From Dimorphilus gyrociliatus (Eukaryota; Animalia; Annelida): a stretch of 64,000 nucleotides of DNA. The translations under genes and the position numbers were made by a program. Under the pieces are notes generated by a model that was given only the letters and a program-made list of their open reading frames with translations, made no database searches and was not told where the DNA came from. Of the stretch, positions 1-12,129 are shown one piece after another. The stretch lies in assembly GCA_904063045.1 (NCBI GenBank), contig CAJFCJ010000019.1:3478684-3542683 (forward strand), written 5' to 3'. Position 1 is the first letter of the stretch; every line of letters begins with the position of its first letter.

Positions 1-1138
1 AACAATCCAGGATAAATAAGTTGCAGCTCTAGCTCTTAAACTTTCGTCCAAACTCTGATTATTCATTATTCCGAATAAAAGTTCAAAAATTGAACCAATA
101 AAGGGCTGTATTATTGGAACTTCATATTCAAATAAATCATCGAAAACTTCAAGAGATTCTAAAGCCATAGTTTCGTCCGTTTCGATTAATTTGTTAATTA
201 CTCTAATTATTTCTGGAATAAGGGCTCTAAACTTTTTCTGCAATAAGACATGAGTTATTTAAATGTTTCGACGTTGGTTGTACTTAACTAGGCAGTCACT
301 TTCCACGTTTACGACAAGGTGTTGAGCTGTTCTGAAAAATAAACAACTTATACTATAAAACAGACCAGTTCGCTACTCTTCGCTACCACTGATAAAATGC
401 TTCCTATTCTAATTATCAGACAAATTTATAAAACAAAATCATGGCCAAATAAATAAATTCAACTTGCTTGATAGTGTAGAAAAGAATTCCTGGTTCAGCA
501 TCCTTTAATCTTTCGTTACAAAGTGATATTAATGTAGGCATTAGAGGGAGCAAGCTATCCGTTGCATAATCTGCCACCAAACTCAAAACCCACATTCCTA
601 GTTCTCTAATGTTAGCAGCTGAGTTAGAGCAAGCTTCATGGAAGAAGTTCATCAACTCTGGCCAATCATGTTCATTTACTCCGAATCTAGCAATGCTACC
701 AATTAAGGCAACAAGAGACTTTTTGACAGGCTTTCTAAAAAGAAAAGGAACAGTAAAGTGAATGTCAGAAAGCTGTAAGGCAAGCTTACGTGTTTTCAGT
801 ACAGACGAGTTGAATTGTATCTTTTCTGAGGATAGATTTAATATCACAGTGCATTGAGTGCCACTTTTCTTCTTTTGCCACGCATTTTCTCAGCAATATG
901 CAAGCATATTGACGTATACCATCATTTTGATGTCGAAGAAGAGAGCAAAGAGCGCTAACTCCTTCCTGTGTGTCAATAGCCTTTGATATTTGCCTAGAAA
1001 TCTGAAAAGCAGAAGACCACGTGTAGCCGGCTATCATAAAAACTTGACAAAAAAACATTTAAATCTTACTTCATATATATGGGCATTGTCACCACTAAGT
1101 ATTTGTAACAAGAGTTTCTCCAATAGTTCTGCTGCCAT
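1..1138 (-). CDS. IPO4: Importin-4 (5' part; continues beyond window start), multi-exon
   Basis: Spliced translation MAAELLEKLLLQILSGDNAHIYE|ISRQISKAIDTQEGVSALCSLL...IRQYACILLRK...DWPELMNFF...RELGMWVL...KKFRALIPEII...ALESLEVFDDLFEYEVPII follows the importin-4 N-terminal HEAT repeats. ATG at 1138. Confidence 0.88.
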
Positions 1139-1412
1139 TTTCTAATACTTATTTTGTTTCAAATCCGTAGGAACGTCAAAAATGACATCATTTACGATTT
1201 TATCCCTTGTATATAGGTGGCATTAGTTTTTGCACCAACTTCCGTCGTCTGCTTCGTACGACTGCAGAGTGTATAGAGAAACTCCACTCGGTTTCAATGA
1301 GCAGCTTAATTCCGTTCTGCTAGTATATCATTGTCGTTAAGTCTTAAAAGTTTAATTGTTTGGAATTATCTATATACTTCATTAGTAACTCGTCTATAGC
1401 AGATGTCAGACA

Positions 1413-2957
1413 ATGCAGAGAAAATACGTTAAACAAATTAGTCAAATACAAATTTTAAATCAGCTGTCTTCCCAAGAAGAAAGCACCGACGATTTTGAAT
1501 TTAATGAAATACCAGCAAATGTTTTTGCACAAGACTTACAAAAGTTGATGTTGAGGTTTGTTCTGATAAATTAATTTTTTTGCAAGTTCATTTACATAGA
1601 GGAAGTGTATCTTTAAATTACGTCATAACAGACTAAGAGGAGAGAATATATCAAAGAATGGACGTTTTGTTCAATACGCTAAGCTGCATGAGTCAGAATT
1701 ATATAAAGACTATAAAAAGAAAGCAATGGCTTTAAATTTTATCAATTTATCTGGGTTATCAGAAAATCAAAAGAAGGCGTTTTTCATAAGTATCCTTTCA
1801 CAGAAAGCAACTACGCATAGAGTAGTCCATTGAATCGTATATAATAAAAAAGAGTTGGCCTATTTTTATTATCTAATCAATTGTATAACCAGGTATTGTA
1901 TTCGATACCTTTTACTAATTTATATGACAATTAAAAATCGACAAACCTCATCCCATTTGGTTTGTTGAATTTGGTTTTGAGGCTAAACATTGTAGTTTAC
2001 ATTGACGCAGTGGGCCTTCATATTTTATCGACATATTCAAGAGCAGCATATATTTTTGCATAATTTAGACCAGTTATTTGTGAAATTATCGTGAACTTTA
2101 CTTAGTCTAATTGGATTGATATATCTACGTTGATTGGTTTGTTCGAATAGATAGCCAACATTTAGCGGCAGTCTTTTAAGTGTTCCCGCAGCTCTTAGAA
2201 TATTCAATTAATCTTATATTGAACTAGCTATTTTTATATGCGCAGTCTGAAATATTGATCATTATATCTCTTTTGATGACGTTTCCTTAATAAGTTGTTA
2301 ACAGATATATACAACGCTCTAACTATACATGGTTTAACTGAATGCGACAAATTACCCTCTTCACCTCTCGATCTTAACCAATTTTGGAAAGTGACATCCT
2401 ACTGTATTGGAAGAGAAACTTATAGTCTTGATGATATTGAACATGGCATTTTGAGGTGTAACAGACCACACCCAGTGGCTGTAGAACGACCATTTGGGGA
2501 ATCGGATTCCAGATTAAAATATGTTTGCAAAGAATTTGATCCTAGGATCCATTTTGCTCTAAATTGTGGTGCATTTTCTTGTCCTCCAATTAACGTATAC
2601 AACGAAAATAATTTAGAAGATGCATTGACCTTAGCAACAAAAAGTTTCTGCGAGCTTGAAGTAAAAGTCATTGGAAAGGATCTGGTATTGTCTCAGCTTT
2701 TCCAATGGTACAGATCAGACTTTGGATCGACAGAAGTCGAAGCAATTAGGTAAACGTTATCTTCTATCGAGATTTCTTTGATTAATTTTAATTAAATAAC
2801 TTTATTGGATAGATGGATTCTAGCTTATCTTAGTGAAGAAAGCGCAAGCCCAATAAAGGATTTATTATTCTGTCTTGAACGAATTGGAGGAATTTCTATA
2901 CGATATCAACCATACAATTGGAACCTTAATAACTTGGATGTGACTGATATGGACTAG
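1413..2957 (+). CDS. DUF547-domain protein, multi-exon, with one U12-type intron
   Basis: Motifs AFFINIYNALTIHGL, SLDDIEHGILR, DPRIHFALNCGAFSCPPI, LSQLFQWYRSDFG and the C-terminal YQPYNWNLN are typical of DUF547. Exons join in frame. Confidence 0.88.
1790..2304 (+). other. U12-type (minor spliceosome) GT-AG intron
   Basis: Donor GTATCCTTT at 1790, branch site TTCCTTAAT at 2283-2291, acceptor ACAG at 2304. Removal restores the conserved FFINIYNAL. Confidence 0.85.
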
Positions 2958-4661
2958 CAACTAGCAATGCACTCCATCAAAATGGCATTTAACAATGGTG
3001 TAGTTCAAATGAAGCTTCTGTCTCATATTCCATTGCATTTAATTCGTACCTAATTAACTCCCTAAGTAGATTAGGGATTGAAGACTGTATGTAATTGTGT
3101 GCTTCCTCGGTGCTTGTGTACGGTCTTGCCACGCGAGACATTTCTTTTATGAACATGCGTTCAAAATGATTTTGGCAAGAATAGTTAGAATAAACGAATT
3201 TTTTTCATCACTTAATAAAGATTTCAAATAAGAGAATCATATGCAACAGATGATAATTTACCCAAATCGTATAGAAGAAAGAGGGAAAAAAAGCTCTGAG
3301 AGTGTGTGCTAAGTCAACACATTCTGCATTTTATGACAATTTATGATCTGTACAATTTCTTTACAATTCTGCAATGATAAGGGAAATTACAATATAATTA
3401 TCAATTTTACAACATTTTCACAATGTATCCCAGCAATTTTAAATTAGTAATAACCTAAAGTATATAGATTAATCCATATTATAGGTTACATGGGTGTATT
3501 TATATATTTCATTTACCATAAAGAACAACCTTCTAAATGACCTTAAATATAGATTTCCCGGGAAATTTATACGCCATCTATGACGTAAAACGTGCAGTTA
3601 GAAAATAGAATTCATACGTTATACACTTGTGAAAACTAATTGAAAATTTTAAATAGTAATAATGTAATTAATAATTTATTTTTGTTTTTGTGCCAAACAC
3701 ATCTGACCAACTCCATACGGTGCCAAAATATTTACCGTTAAAAGTCATTCATTTGTTCTATTTTCATTATATTTACTCAGTCATACTTTTATATTAATAT
3801 TTATATTCATTTTCATTTGGTTCTCGATATATGAGCTTTAGGAAAACTATAGATTCAATATAGAAGATCACTTTAAAAGCATTTTTAAATTGCTAAATTT
3901 GCCAAAATTCAATTTTTTCCCCCATAGAAGATAAGATGACATCTCTATCTTATTAAAGACACTTAAATGACCGATCTTGTTAGCAGTCCTACTTTTCGAA
4001 GATAGAATTTTTTTTATTTACAGCTTTAACCTACTGAATCGTAGTCATCCAATAAAGTTCGCTTTCATTTTTTTCGACTGTATACAAATATGAAAGGAAA
4101 ATTGCATTACACCAATTTTACTATACAACAAAGAATCATTTTGTTCAGGGTCAAGAGACATAACCTTCATCTTTAACATTTCTTATTAAATTGTAGTTAG
4201 ATTCTAAATTAGTTCGAGACGATGTAAAGTGTGTATAGAGTATAGTACATTAGCTTAAATGCATGCGAAATTTACTAATATGGTTTGTTATTATGTTTTA
4301 TGACGCAAAAGAACATTTTTAAGAAAATTTTTTAAGATATTTAAACAAAATAAAAATTCCTTGTCATCATGAAAAGTTATTAGAGAGTGGCACAAATATC
4401 TTTAGAGAGGCTACTTACATCATAATAAATATTTAACAAAATACACGAATAAATCACTTTTTATGACGATGATCTTCATGTAACAACGAAACCTTTGTTC
4501 CCTATGTGAGATAATTTTTTGTTAAATTCATTTAATCATTTACATTAGATATCAATGTTACTCAGAGCATCATTTTTGATAATACAATTACGCCTACAGT
4601 GCAAGTATAAGTATTTAGGATTTTAGAAAGTACTCCTCAATCCTTTGCGAACTTACTGAAC

Positions 4662-5894
4662 ATGGCACCTACAACAATGTACATGCTTAAATTCGATAGA
4701 TGTAAACTTAGAGCCAGAAAGGACTTCTCTTGTGGTGAAAACGATTGTCTAGTTTCAATATTTGAGGCAACACCTTGTAAAATTATAGTTGAATTTGATG
4801 GAAGCGCTGAAGCAGGAAGAATTGGTTTTTGCCGAGAGATATCCCATAAAAAACAAGTAGACGCAATTATCGACAGAATAGATAAAATTAGATTGAAGCC
4901 TGAACAGGATAGATTCGTTTGTTCTGGAAATGAAGAAAGGTAAATAAATCGCTTGCTAAATTCATAATAAAATAGCTAAACAAATTTTTCAATTCTTAGA
5001 TTTAGAAGCAAGATTACTGAACAAATTTTGAAAGGAGATCCAATTAAATTTATCCTTCCAGCATTTCCAGGAAAGTCCAAAAATAATCGGACCAAAACTC
5101 TTTCACACAAACCAGATATGGCGGAGTTGTTGTCCTTAAGACATTTAGAAGAATTCTGCTACGACGTTCGGGATATTTATAGTGAAGGAGTTGAATTTGT
5201 CATTTTTGGCGATGGAAGACTATACGGTGAAATTTTGGAATACGGTGACAATGTAATTCAAGAGTACATAGATATATTTTGCAGTTTTATTAAAAACAAC
5301 GTAAAGCATCATTTTACATTATCTGTTACATCATGAGAGCATACATCATTTTTTCTATTTTCTCAGCAATTGAAATATGAAGATGCAGATTCGCTTTACG
5401 GAAATTTAAACTTTGACGAAGTTCGCCAGAAAGTTTATAAACTATACGAAGTTGATTTAGCCACTGTTGACAAACTTATTAGAACTAATGAGAATATTAA
5501 TAGAGTATATCTTGGTTTCTTAAGATTTTTTCAAGATGAATTTGCAACAACAGACACTTTTCAAAATGTTTCAAACAAGGAAAAGAAGAGAATTCTTAAA
5601 GAAAAAGCCAGACGTTTAATAAGAGCAAATTTAACCTACAGTAACATGATTCAAAATATATATTCCGACTATTTAAGATTTTCCATCCACGCTCATGACA
5701 ATTCGGAAAAAGTAGGCATAAGCTTAAGCGACTCCAGATCTTCAGGTTCTCCGTGGCACAATTGCGCTATAAAGATGAAAGATGGGACATGGAACTTTAT
5801 AAAAAGAAAAGAGGCGGAAGAGAAAAACGCTATTCTAAGGGGTAATATCGGCAGTGAGGATATCGACAGCCTACCTTATTTCGAAGAAGTGTAA
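4662..5894 (+). CDS. Isocyanide synthase (Dit1/PvcA/IsnA; pyoverdine/dityrosine biosynthesis family), 3 exons, 368 aa
   Basis: Exons 4662-4939, 5000-5300 and 5367-5894 are joined by GT-AG introns of 60 and 66 nt into one open frame. Family motifs PIKFILPAFPGKSKN, KPDMAELLSL, FGDGRLYGE, VYLGFLRFFQDE, RFSIHAH, KVGISL and SPWHN occur in the expected order. Confidence 0.88.
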
Positions 5895-6294
5895 AATAAA
5901 TATTTACTATTCTTTTACTACCTGGCAAAATAAAATTTTTGCTGCTTCCCTAAGTGTAAAAATTGATAATTTGATATCTATCAATCTATCTATCAATAAA
6001 CGTTTTCTTCATACGAAGAGAATGAAAGAGAAAGAGAGAGAGAGAGTGAGAGAATACTTGAATTACACGCATTTTACTAACAATAAAGAACAGGGTCAAA
6101 AATACAACCTATAACTCATATTCAGTTTATTTTCAAATTGTATTTTGTGTAGTCAAAAGAAAAAGATACAATAACAAACATTTTTATCATTTGGACGGAC
6201 ACTAGCCTTGAATTGTTCAAGCAAAAAAAAAGACAATAAAAAGAATACTGTACTACGTAAAGCAAGCAACGACAAGATAAATATTAAAACAAAA

Positions 6295-9200
6295 TCAATT
6301 CTTCTGACAAACGTTAAAAAAATCTAATGGTTTATCATCATCATCATTATTATCTCCAAATTTTGTAGAGGTATCAAGTTGAGACAATATTCGGTCTTTT
6401 TGTTTTCTTACGTTGGTTTCCAAATCTTTAAGAACAAATCCACTATCCTTGATTGTTTTACCTCCCCGTTTCCACATTGTGTAAAATTCGTTAAACGTTC
6501 CAGCGTATAATTTATTAAATATTGGAAACACCAACATTCTTATATTACTTTCCCTAAATATAATGAAATGTCGAGGTTAACTTAAATATTTATACAAGGA
6601 AATATAAATTACTTGTTTATTAGTCCTTCTCTGAGACATTGTAAGCACATTCTAGTTATGTTTATAGACATAACGCAAAAAGGAAAATTCTGCAATAAAA
6701 CAATGAAATAAAAAAAAGTAAAATGTTTATGTTATAAACTATTTCAATTACTTGAGTTTCGTGGAGAGAGAGCTTATAAATTTTATGTCCAAGGTCAACG
6801 TGAGAGGTCATTAAATAAAGAATTTGTAATAGACCAAGGAAGCCTGTTCCCCTAAGATCAGTGGATGGATCAGTGCCTAGTGACAAATTTATTTAAAATA
6901 TTTCATAAGTCACGAGAAGAGAATGATTGATGTACCTTGGAAACCTATATTCTCCCAATGATTTCCATATCTGGGACAATCAAAACGAGAGCCAGTCAAC
7001 AGTTTAAAAATTGTTTGTAGCACACGTATATGCGTTTCACAATTGTTATCGAATTGATCTGTAAATATTAATAGAAACTTAATTAAAAATTTACATAGAA
7101 CTTTCTGCCTTTCTTACATGCAGCCATACAAAATATAAACAATCGATCTTCTTCTAAAGTTTTGTTCAAACTCGGTGGGCCACAAAATAGACTTTTTACT
7201 GTGGCAAAGAACCCTTTCTTATTTACTGTCGTTTTCACTTTTTCCTGTCAGAGAAAATTTGGTAATCAGTTTCCAATCTACAAGTAATTTTAGTAAAAAA
7301 TTTTTATACAGAATATGGTAGCCAATTTAGTTTTCTACACTCTCTTTCGGCATCTTTAAATGTTATTGTTGGTGAAGCCAGCCTAGAGGTAATTTCAGTT
7401 TCATCTGATAAAGGAAAATAGGGTTATTAATCATTCCTTTTTGAATTTGTCTTTAAATATAATAACCTTACCATCAGTTGATTGTTCAGCAACTTCAACA
7501 GTGTCAACTTGATTCCATTCATTTTCCTCCACAGCATTGTCATTAATTTCAATTCGAATCTATTAAGTGTCAAAGTAAATAAAAGAACTGATAAAAATAT
7601 TCATTTCATAGAATAACCTTAGATTCAACAGTAGCACAAGGCGGACTCTGTTGGTCAGTGGTTTTGTCTGTTATGGACTCTTCTTTCTCTTCTTTACTGT
7701 GATCTTGAGTAATTAATACAGTTGGAGCTGCTTTAATTTCAATATCATCGAAATCCGACTAAAAGGGTTAGAAAGAAGGTTTTACAAATACATTTCATTA
7801 CGTAATTAAACGTTACCACTAACCTCTTCTGCGATCTTTGTGCTCTGGGCATGTAGGAGTTCTTGTAATTTAATTCTAGCTTCATCGTCTACATCATCAG
7901 AATTCACCGAACTATCTACAGCCTGCTTATCAAGGGTAGGTGTTATACTTAAATTATTATCCTGTATAGTTGATTCAACTGGAAGTTTTTCTTCTTTCTT
8001 GTTAGTTGATTCAACAACTGATTTGTCTTCTCTATCTTCAAAGGTTGTTTCCCTATTTCTCATACTATCCTTGGCTTTATCAGATTTAAGTAAATCAGAG
8101 TCATCAGCCTCCTCTTCTTTAGCGGTACTAATTGTTGCACTTGGCGCTGATTCTAAATTATTTTCTTTCTCTTCGTCATTCTTGAGCGAAGAAACTGGGT
8201 CTAAAGAATTTAAAATATCCATCATGTTACCTGAAATTCCTTGTCCATATTCATTCCCGGCACTTTTATCATTTTCAACGTGAGTTTCGTAATCTGCAGA
8301 CATTCCTGTATCTATTCTTAAATCAACTACATCTTTGTTGTCTGCTTCTGGTACTTCACAACTTGCTTCATCTAAAACCTCTAATAGTTTATTCACTGCA
8401 ATTTCTTCGTTGCTCATTTCTGGTTCTTTTGACATAACTTCATGCGCAATAGCCTCACTATTATCATCAGTTGTAATACAAAAATTGTTTGGTTCCTGAG
8501 CATTGTTTTTCTTTTCTTCTTGTAAATCATTTTGGGTTTTGTCAAATTCCATCTGTGAAGGAAGGCGAATGGAATCTACATCCGTTTGATTTTCAATTGG
8601 TGAATGGGTGGACTTCTCAGATAGCTCACAAGTCGTATTTTCCTGTGATTTTTCCATTTCAATATGTTCAATAGCAGAAGTTACATATGCACTCATGCAG
8701 TTGGTAGGTTCTGACTGAGTAGAGTCTTCGGATGGCTTACAAACTGAGCTTTCCTGTGACTTTTCTAATTTCGCATTATCAGAAGCAGGATTTTCATTCT
8801 CACTCATGCTGTTCTTAGGTTCTGAATGAATAAAACTTTCGAGTGGTTCACAAACTGAATTTTCCTGTGCTTTTTCCAATTCTACGTTGGCATTCAAACC
8901 TTTCTTAAGTTCCGAATTATTGAAATCCCCGCACTGTTCACCAACCAAAATATCTTGTGATTTTTCAACTTGGATGTCGTCAAAAGCATGCGTGTTTACG
9001 CCTTTCTTAGGCGTTGAGTCCTCAGACGGCTCAGAAATTAAATTGGTGTGCGTATTTTCTGGTTCTGCTTGTGCATAAACAGTGGTTTGATTTATAGGTT
9101 CTGAATGGGTAGAATTTTCAGAGAGATTGCAAATCGGACTTTCTAACTCAGGTTTAATGGGCGAATTTACATTAAAACTGTTTTGATTGATATTTGATGA

Positions 9201-9645
9201 AAGTGATACAGGGTCATCATCTTCCGTTTGTGTAAGATTCTATAAAAACAATATATACTTGTAGAAAAGGAGGGATTTTATATAAAAATCTTAACCGTGG
9301 TTGAAGGTTCGTTTAAAGGAAACAGGGCATTAAGTAGTGAGGAGGGTATATTTTCACTTCCAAAATTATCATTCTGTAAACTTTGTCCTGTATCATCATG
9401 TTCATCCAGCAAGATATCCACATGAGCCTACAATTCAATCAATGAGCTATTTATTAGTATTTTTGAAGTGGATATCACTAATATCAACTCTTGGAGTTGG
9501 GTATGAAATTAATTACGTTATGAGGTGTTGATGCTGTTTCATCAGACGCTGGATTATTCGGAATTTGAACTATTTTACCCTCACATTCCGACGTCATCCT
9601 TTGCGAAATTACGGACTTCACAGATATGGAACTGCATTGGCTCAT
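6295..9645 (-). CDS. ELMOD3: ELMO-domain protein (ELMOD3-like) with a long acidic low-complexity N-terminal region
   Basis: C-terminal exons read GFQG|[17 protein letters not shown]...[11 protein letters not shown]...[19 protein letters not shown], matching ELMOD3. Start is ATG 9645 or the in-frame ATG 9597. Confidence 0.85.
8585..8890 (-). repeat. 111-nt (37-aa) degenerate coding tandem repeat, 3 copies, plus a decayed copy near 9090-9150
   Basis: TTCCTGTG anchors at 8640, 8751 and 8862 are exactly 111 nt apart. Peptides are [22 protein letters not shown] and [11 protein letters not shown]. Confidence 0.8.
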
Positions 9646-9650
9646 AGTTT

Positions 9651-9659
9651 AAGATGGCG
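9651..9659 (+). promoter_or_regulatory. YY1-type motif AAGATGGCG overlapping the MRPS18C start, within the ELMOD3/MRPS18C bidirectional promoter
   Basis: Exact AAGATGGCG. Similar (A/G)ATGGC(G/C) motifs recur at other housekeeping 5' ends (about 19801, 24740, 28430, 33210). Confidence 0.5.
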
Positions 9660-10476
9660 CCCTCCATGCTGGTTTGGCGGTCACGCGGTTTACAAGCAAT
9701 TTCTCAAAGTTTGTCTTTATATGCCCGATCAAATTTTCTCAGAACAAGTTAGTGAGTTTTATAAAAACTTAAAAATACTTTATTTACTTTAAACAAATGT
9801 ATATAATCTACTTTTGTTCTACTTGTTTACAAAAGCCGTATTATCGCTCTCTTGTAGAGCAAAATCCTTCTGATTCAATGCAAGTAAATTAGGAAAATAA
9901 AAAAACATTTTTACCTACAGCAAATCCTATTCGTGCATATGCCTCAACTTCTTGTCCTAACCAAAATATAAAGTCATCATCAACGGATGACAAACCTGTA
10001 GAGGCAAATGAGAAGGTATAATAATTTAATATTCGCATCAATTTTTTACTATCGTGCTTTCATCAATAGGGATTTGTCGATATCGAAAATCCATATAAAA
10101 AGGAACCTCAAAGATGTATAATATGTAAACACAACATAGAATTGGATTACAAAGTTAGTATAGTAAAAAAGTTAAGACTTAATTTAATTTTTGTACCCCT
10201 TGACAGAATGCTAGACTCCTTAGTCAATTTATTTCACCATATACGGGAGGAATATATAATCGAAGTGTAACCGGACTGTGTATTTATATGCAAAAAAGAA
10301 TCGCCAAGTTGATAAGAATGTCAAGGAGAGCTGGTAATTAATTATATAACCCTTTGAAGTACGTGAATTTATTTGCATCTAAAAATCTTTTTTTTTAAGG
10401 TTATATGGGTTACACGATGAAAAATCCGGATTTTCTTTCCGATCCAAAGTTGTTTGATCATTTCAAACGGAAATAG
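9654..10476 (+). CDS. MRPS18C: Mitochondrial ribosomal protein S18C, multi-exon (not in the ORF track)
   Basis: Manual splice gives MAPSMLVWRSRGLQAISQSLSLYARSNFLR (presequence-like)...IENPYKKEPQRCIICKHNIELDYK|NARLLSQFISPYTGGIYNRSVTGLCIYMQKRIAKLIRMSRRAG|YMGYTMKNPDFLSDPKLF. Confidence 0.9.
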
Positions 10477-12129
10477 AAATTAAAGAAATTTATGTTAAAC
10501 TAAATTCAGAAATTGTTACGTTTTACGTTTTATAAAAATTTAACAATACAATCAATAAACTTTAGTGTTTCATTATAAAAAGACTTACCTTTTTAAGTTA
10601 ATAGATCTTCTATACTTGTCAAAATATTACTACTAATATTCAAGTCTAATAAAACGTTCGTAACCCTGAAATGACCTAGGTCCCATTCTTAACAATCTAA
10701 TCAATCATTCCAAATCCCTCTACAGATTAATTTTCCGAGCAGGATCAACTGGATAGTGATGTGCAAATATATTTGCAAGTTGCAAGCACAGATTGTTAAT
10801 AACATAGCAAGTAACATGTTTTTATATAGACGACCGATTATATACGAATTCTGGATAAAGAGCAGTTAAATAGAAGAGAAGCAGAAATGCGTCAAATCTA
10901 TAGAGCTTATAAAGTTCTACTTCGAAGGAAGTTATTTTACCGAGACGCTGAAGTTTTATTTGTTTCGAATGATATATGCTGAGGGCTATTCCCACGGGTA
11001 ATCACGAATTTTGTTTTAGCTCTTTTTTTATCCAATTTAACGATTATACTTGAATTTCTTACTGAATAATATGGAAAAATGATAAGTTAAGAATAAGTGG
11101 CTTTATAATTACTATAAAATATTTTTACTACCCTTTTCTTCTCTTTTTATCAAACTAACGTTTTCTTTGAACTACCGAAACAATCTATTTCTTTATAAAT
11201 AAAAATTTAATATTCCACATTATATTATAGCTTATGGGTGAAGAAGAAAAGAGAATTGCATCATTATTGGTTGATAAACAAAAATGAATGAAGCTATAAT
11301 TTATGGTTGATATCTGACACGCCTTCTCGGCATTTTTAATCTAGGTTACTAATTACCATAAACTATTTACTTATAGTTTAAACAAAATTGATAAGTCGTT
11401 AACGCTGTTTTTTTGGCATTTAGATTTGTTTGATTTAAGAGAAAATAATTAGAATCTTTGAATATGTTTTCGTATAATTATTAGGTAATTTTAATATAAG
11501 GAAAGAAGATAGACTGAATGGAAAGAATAAAAGAGGAAAAATAAATGATTATACACTCTTTTTTCCTTTATCTTGTCTTTTCATGTCAGAAAACCAATAA
11601 AAATAACTTGTTTCTCTAAAAAGCTATTTATTTATAATGAATTTCTGTACGCGATATGGTTGATCCTTACATCCTAGGCCTATGTCTTTGGAATGTTAAG
11701 GGAAGTTCTTTTCTTTGCTATTCGACAGCAATACAATGAAGAGATTGACGGACTTGGACAACGGTGATTAGTAGAATGCAATTTAATAGAATTTTTTTTT
11801 TTATACTTTTAGTTTCCGTTTTTAGTACAGATTTGTGAAAAGATTTATTTACAGAAACAATTTTTGACGCGTTTTAAGGTGGCATGTTCTTTTTATTATA
11901 ATACATTCTTTTTAATTTGAACTTCTTTTCTCTTCATTTCTTTTTATTGTTGTTGTTATTTTTCATTGATTTTATAAACATTGTATATATTTAATAATAT
12001 AATTTACTTTAATGAATATTAATGAATACATTCGATTATTCGTGTAAAATAAACAAACAAACAAAATCAGTATATTTTCAATTCAGTTCAAATGAAAAGG
12101 TAAAGGTCAGATTTTTTTTTAAATTATTT

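Noticed and set aside
4211-4220. GTTCGA words (also near 32995, 38022, 41802) as tRNA T-arms
   Set aside because: No cloverleaf stems or A-box at the appropriate spacing.
4549-4661. Open frame upstream of the isocyanide synthase ATG interrupted by one in-frame TAA (4608-4610), suggesting readthrough or a longer protein
   Set aside because: The upstream exon (donor at 4506) is closed in the required phase and has no usable ATG; better explained as a 5' UTR with an intron.
4662-5894. Isocyanide synthase as bacterial or fungal contamination
   Set aside because: It has two spliceosomal introns of host-typical size, host-like AT content, and is continuous with animal genes on both sides. A long-read check is still advisable.
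10560-11800. Short open frames and splice-like signals between MRPS18C and the SH2 gene
   Set aside because: I could not assemble a consistent ATG-to-stop spliced frame or recognise any family.
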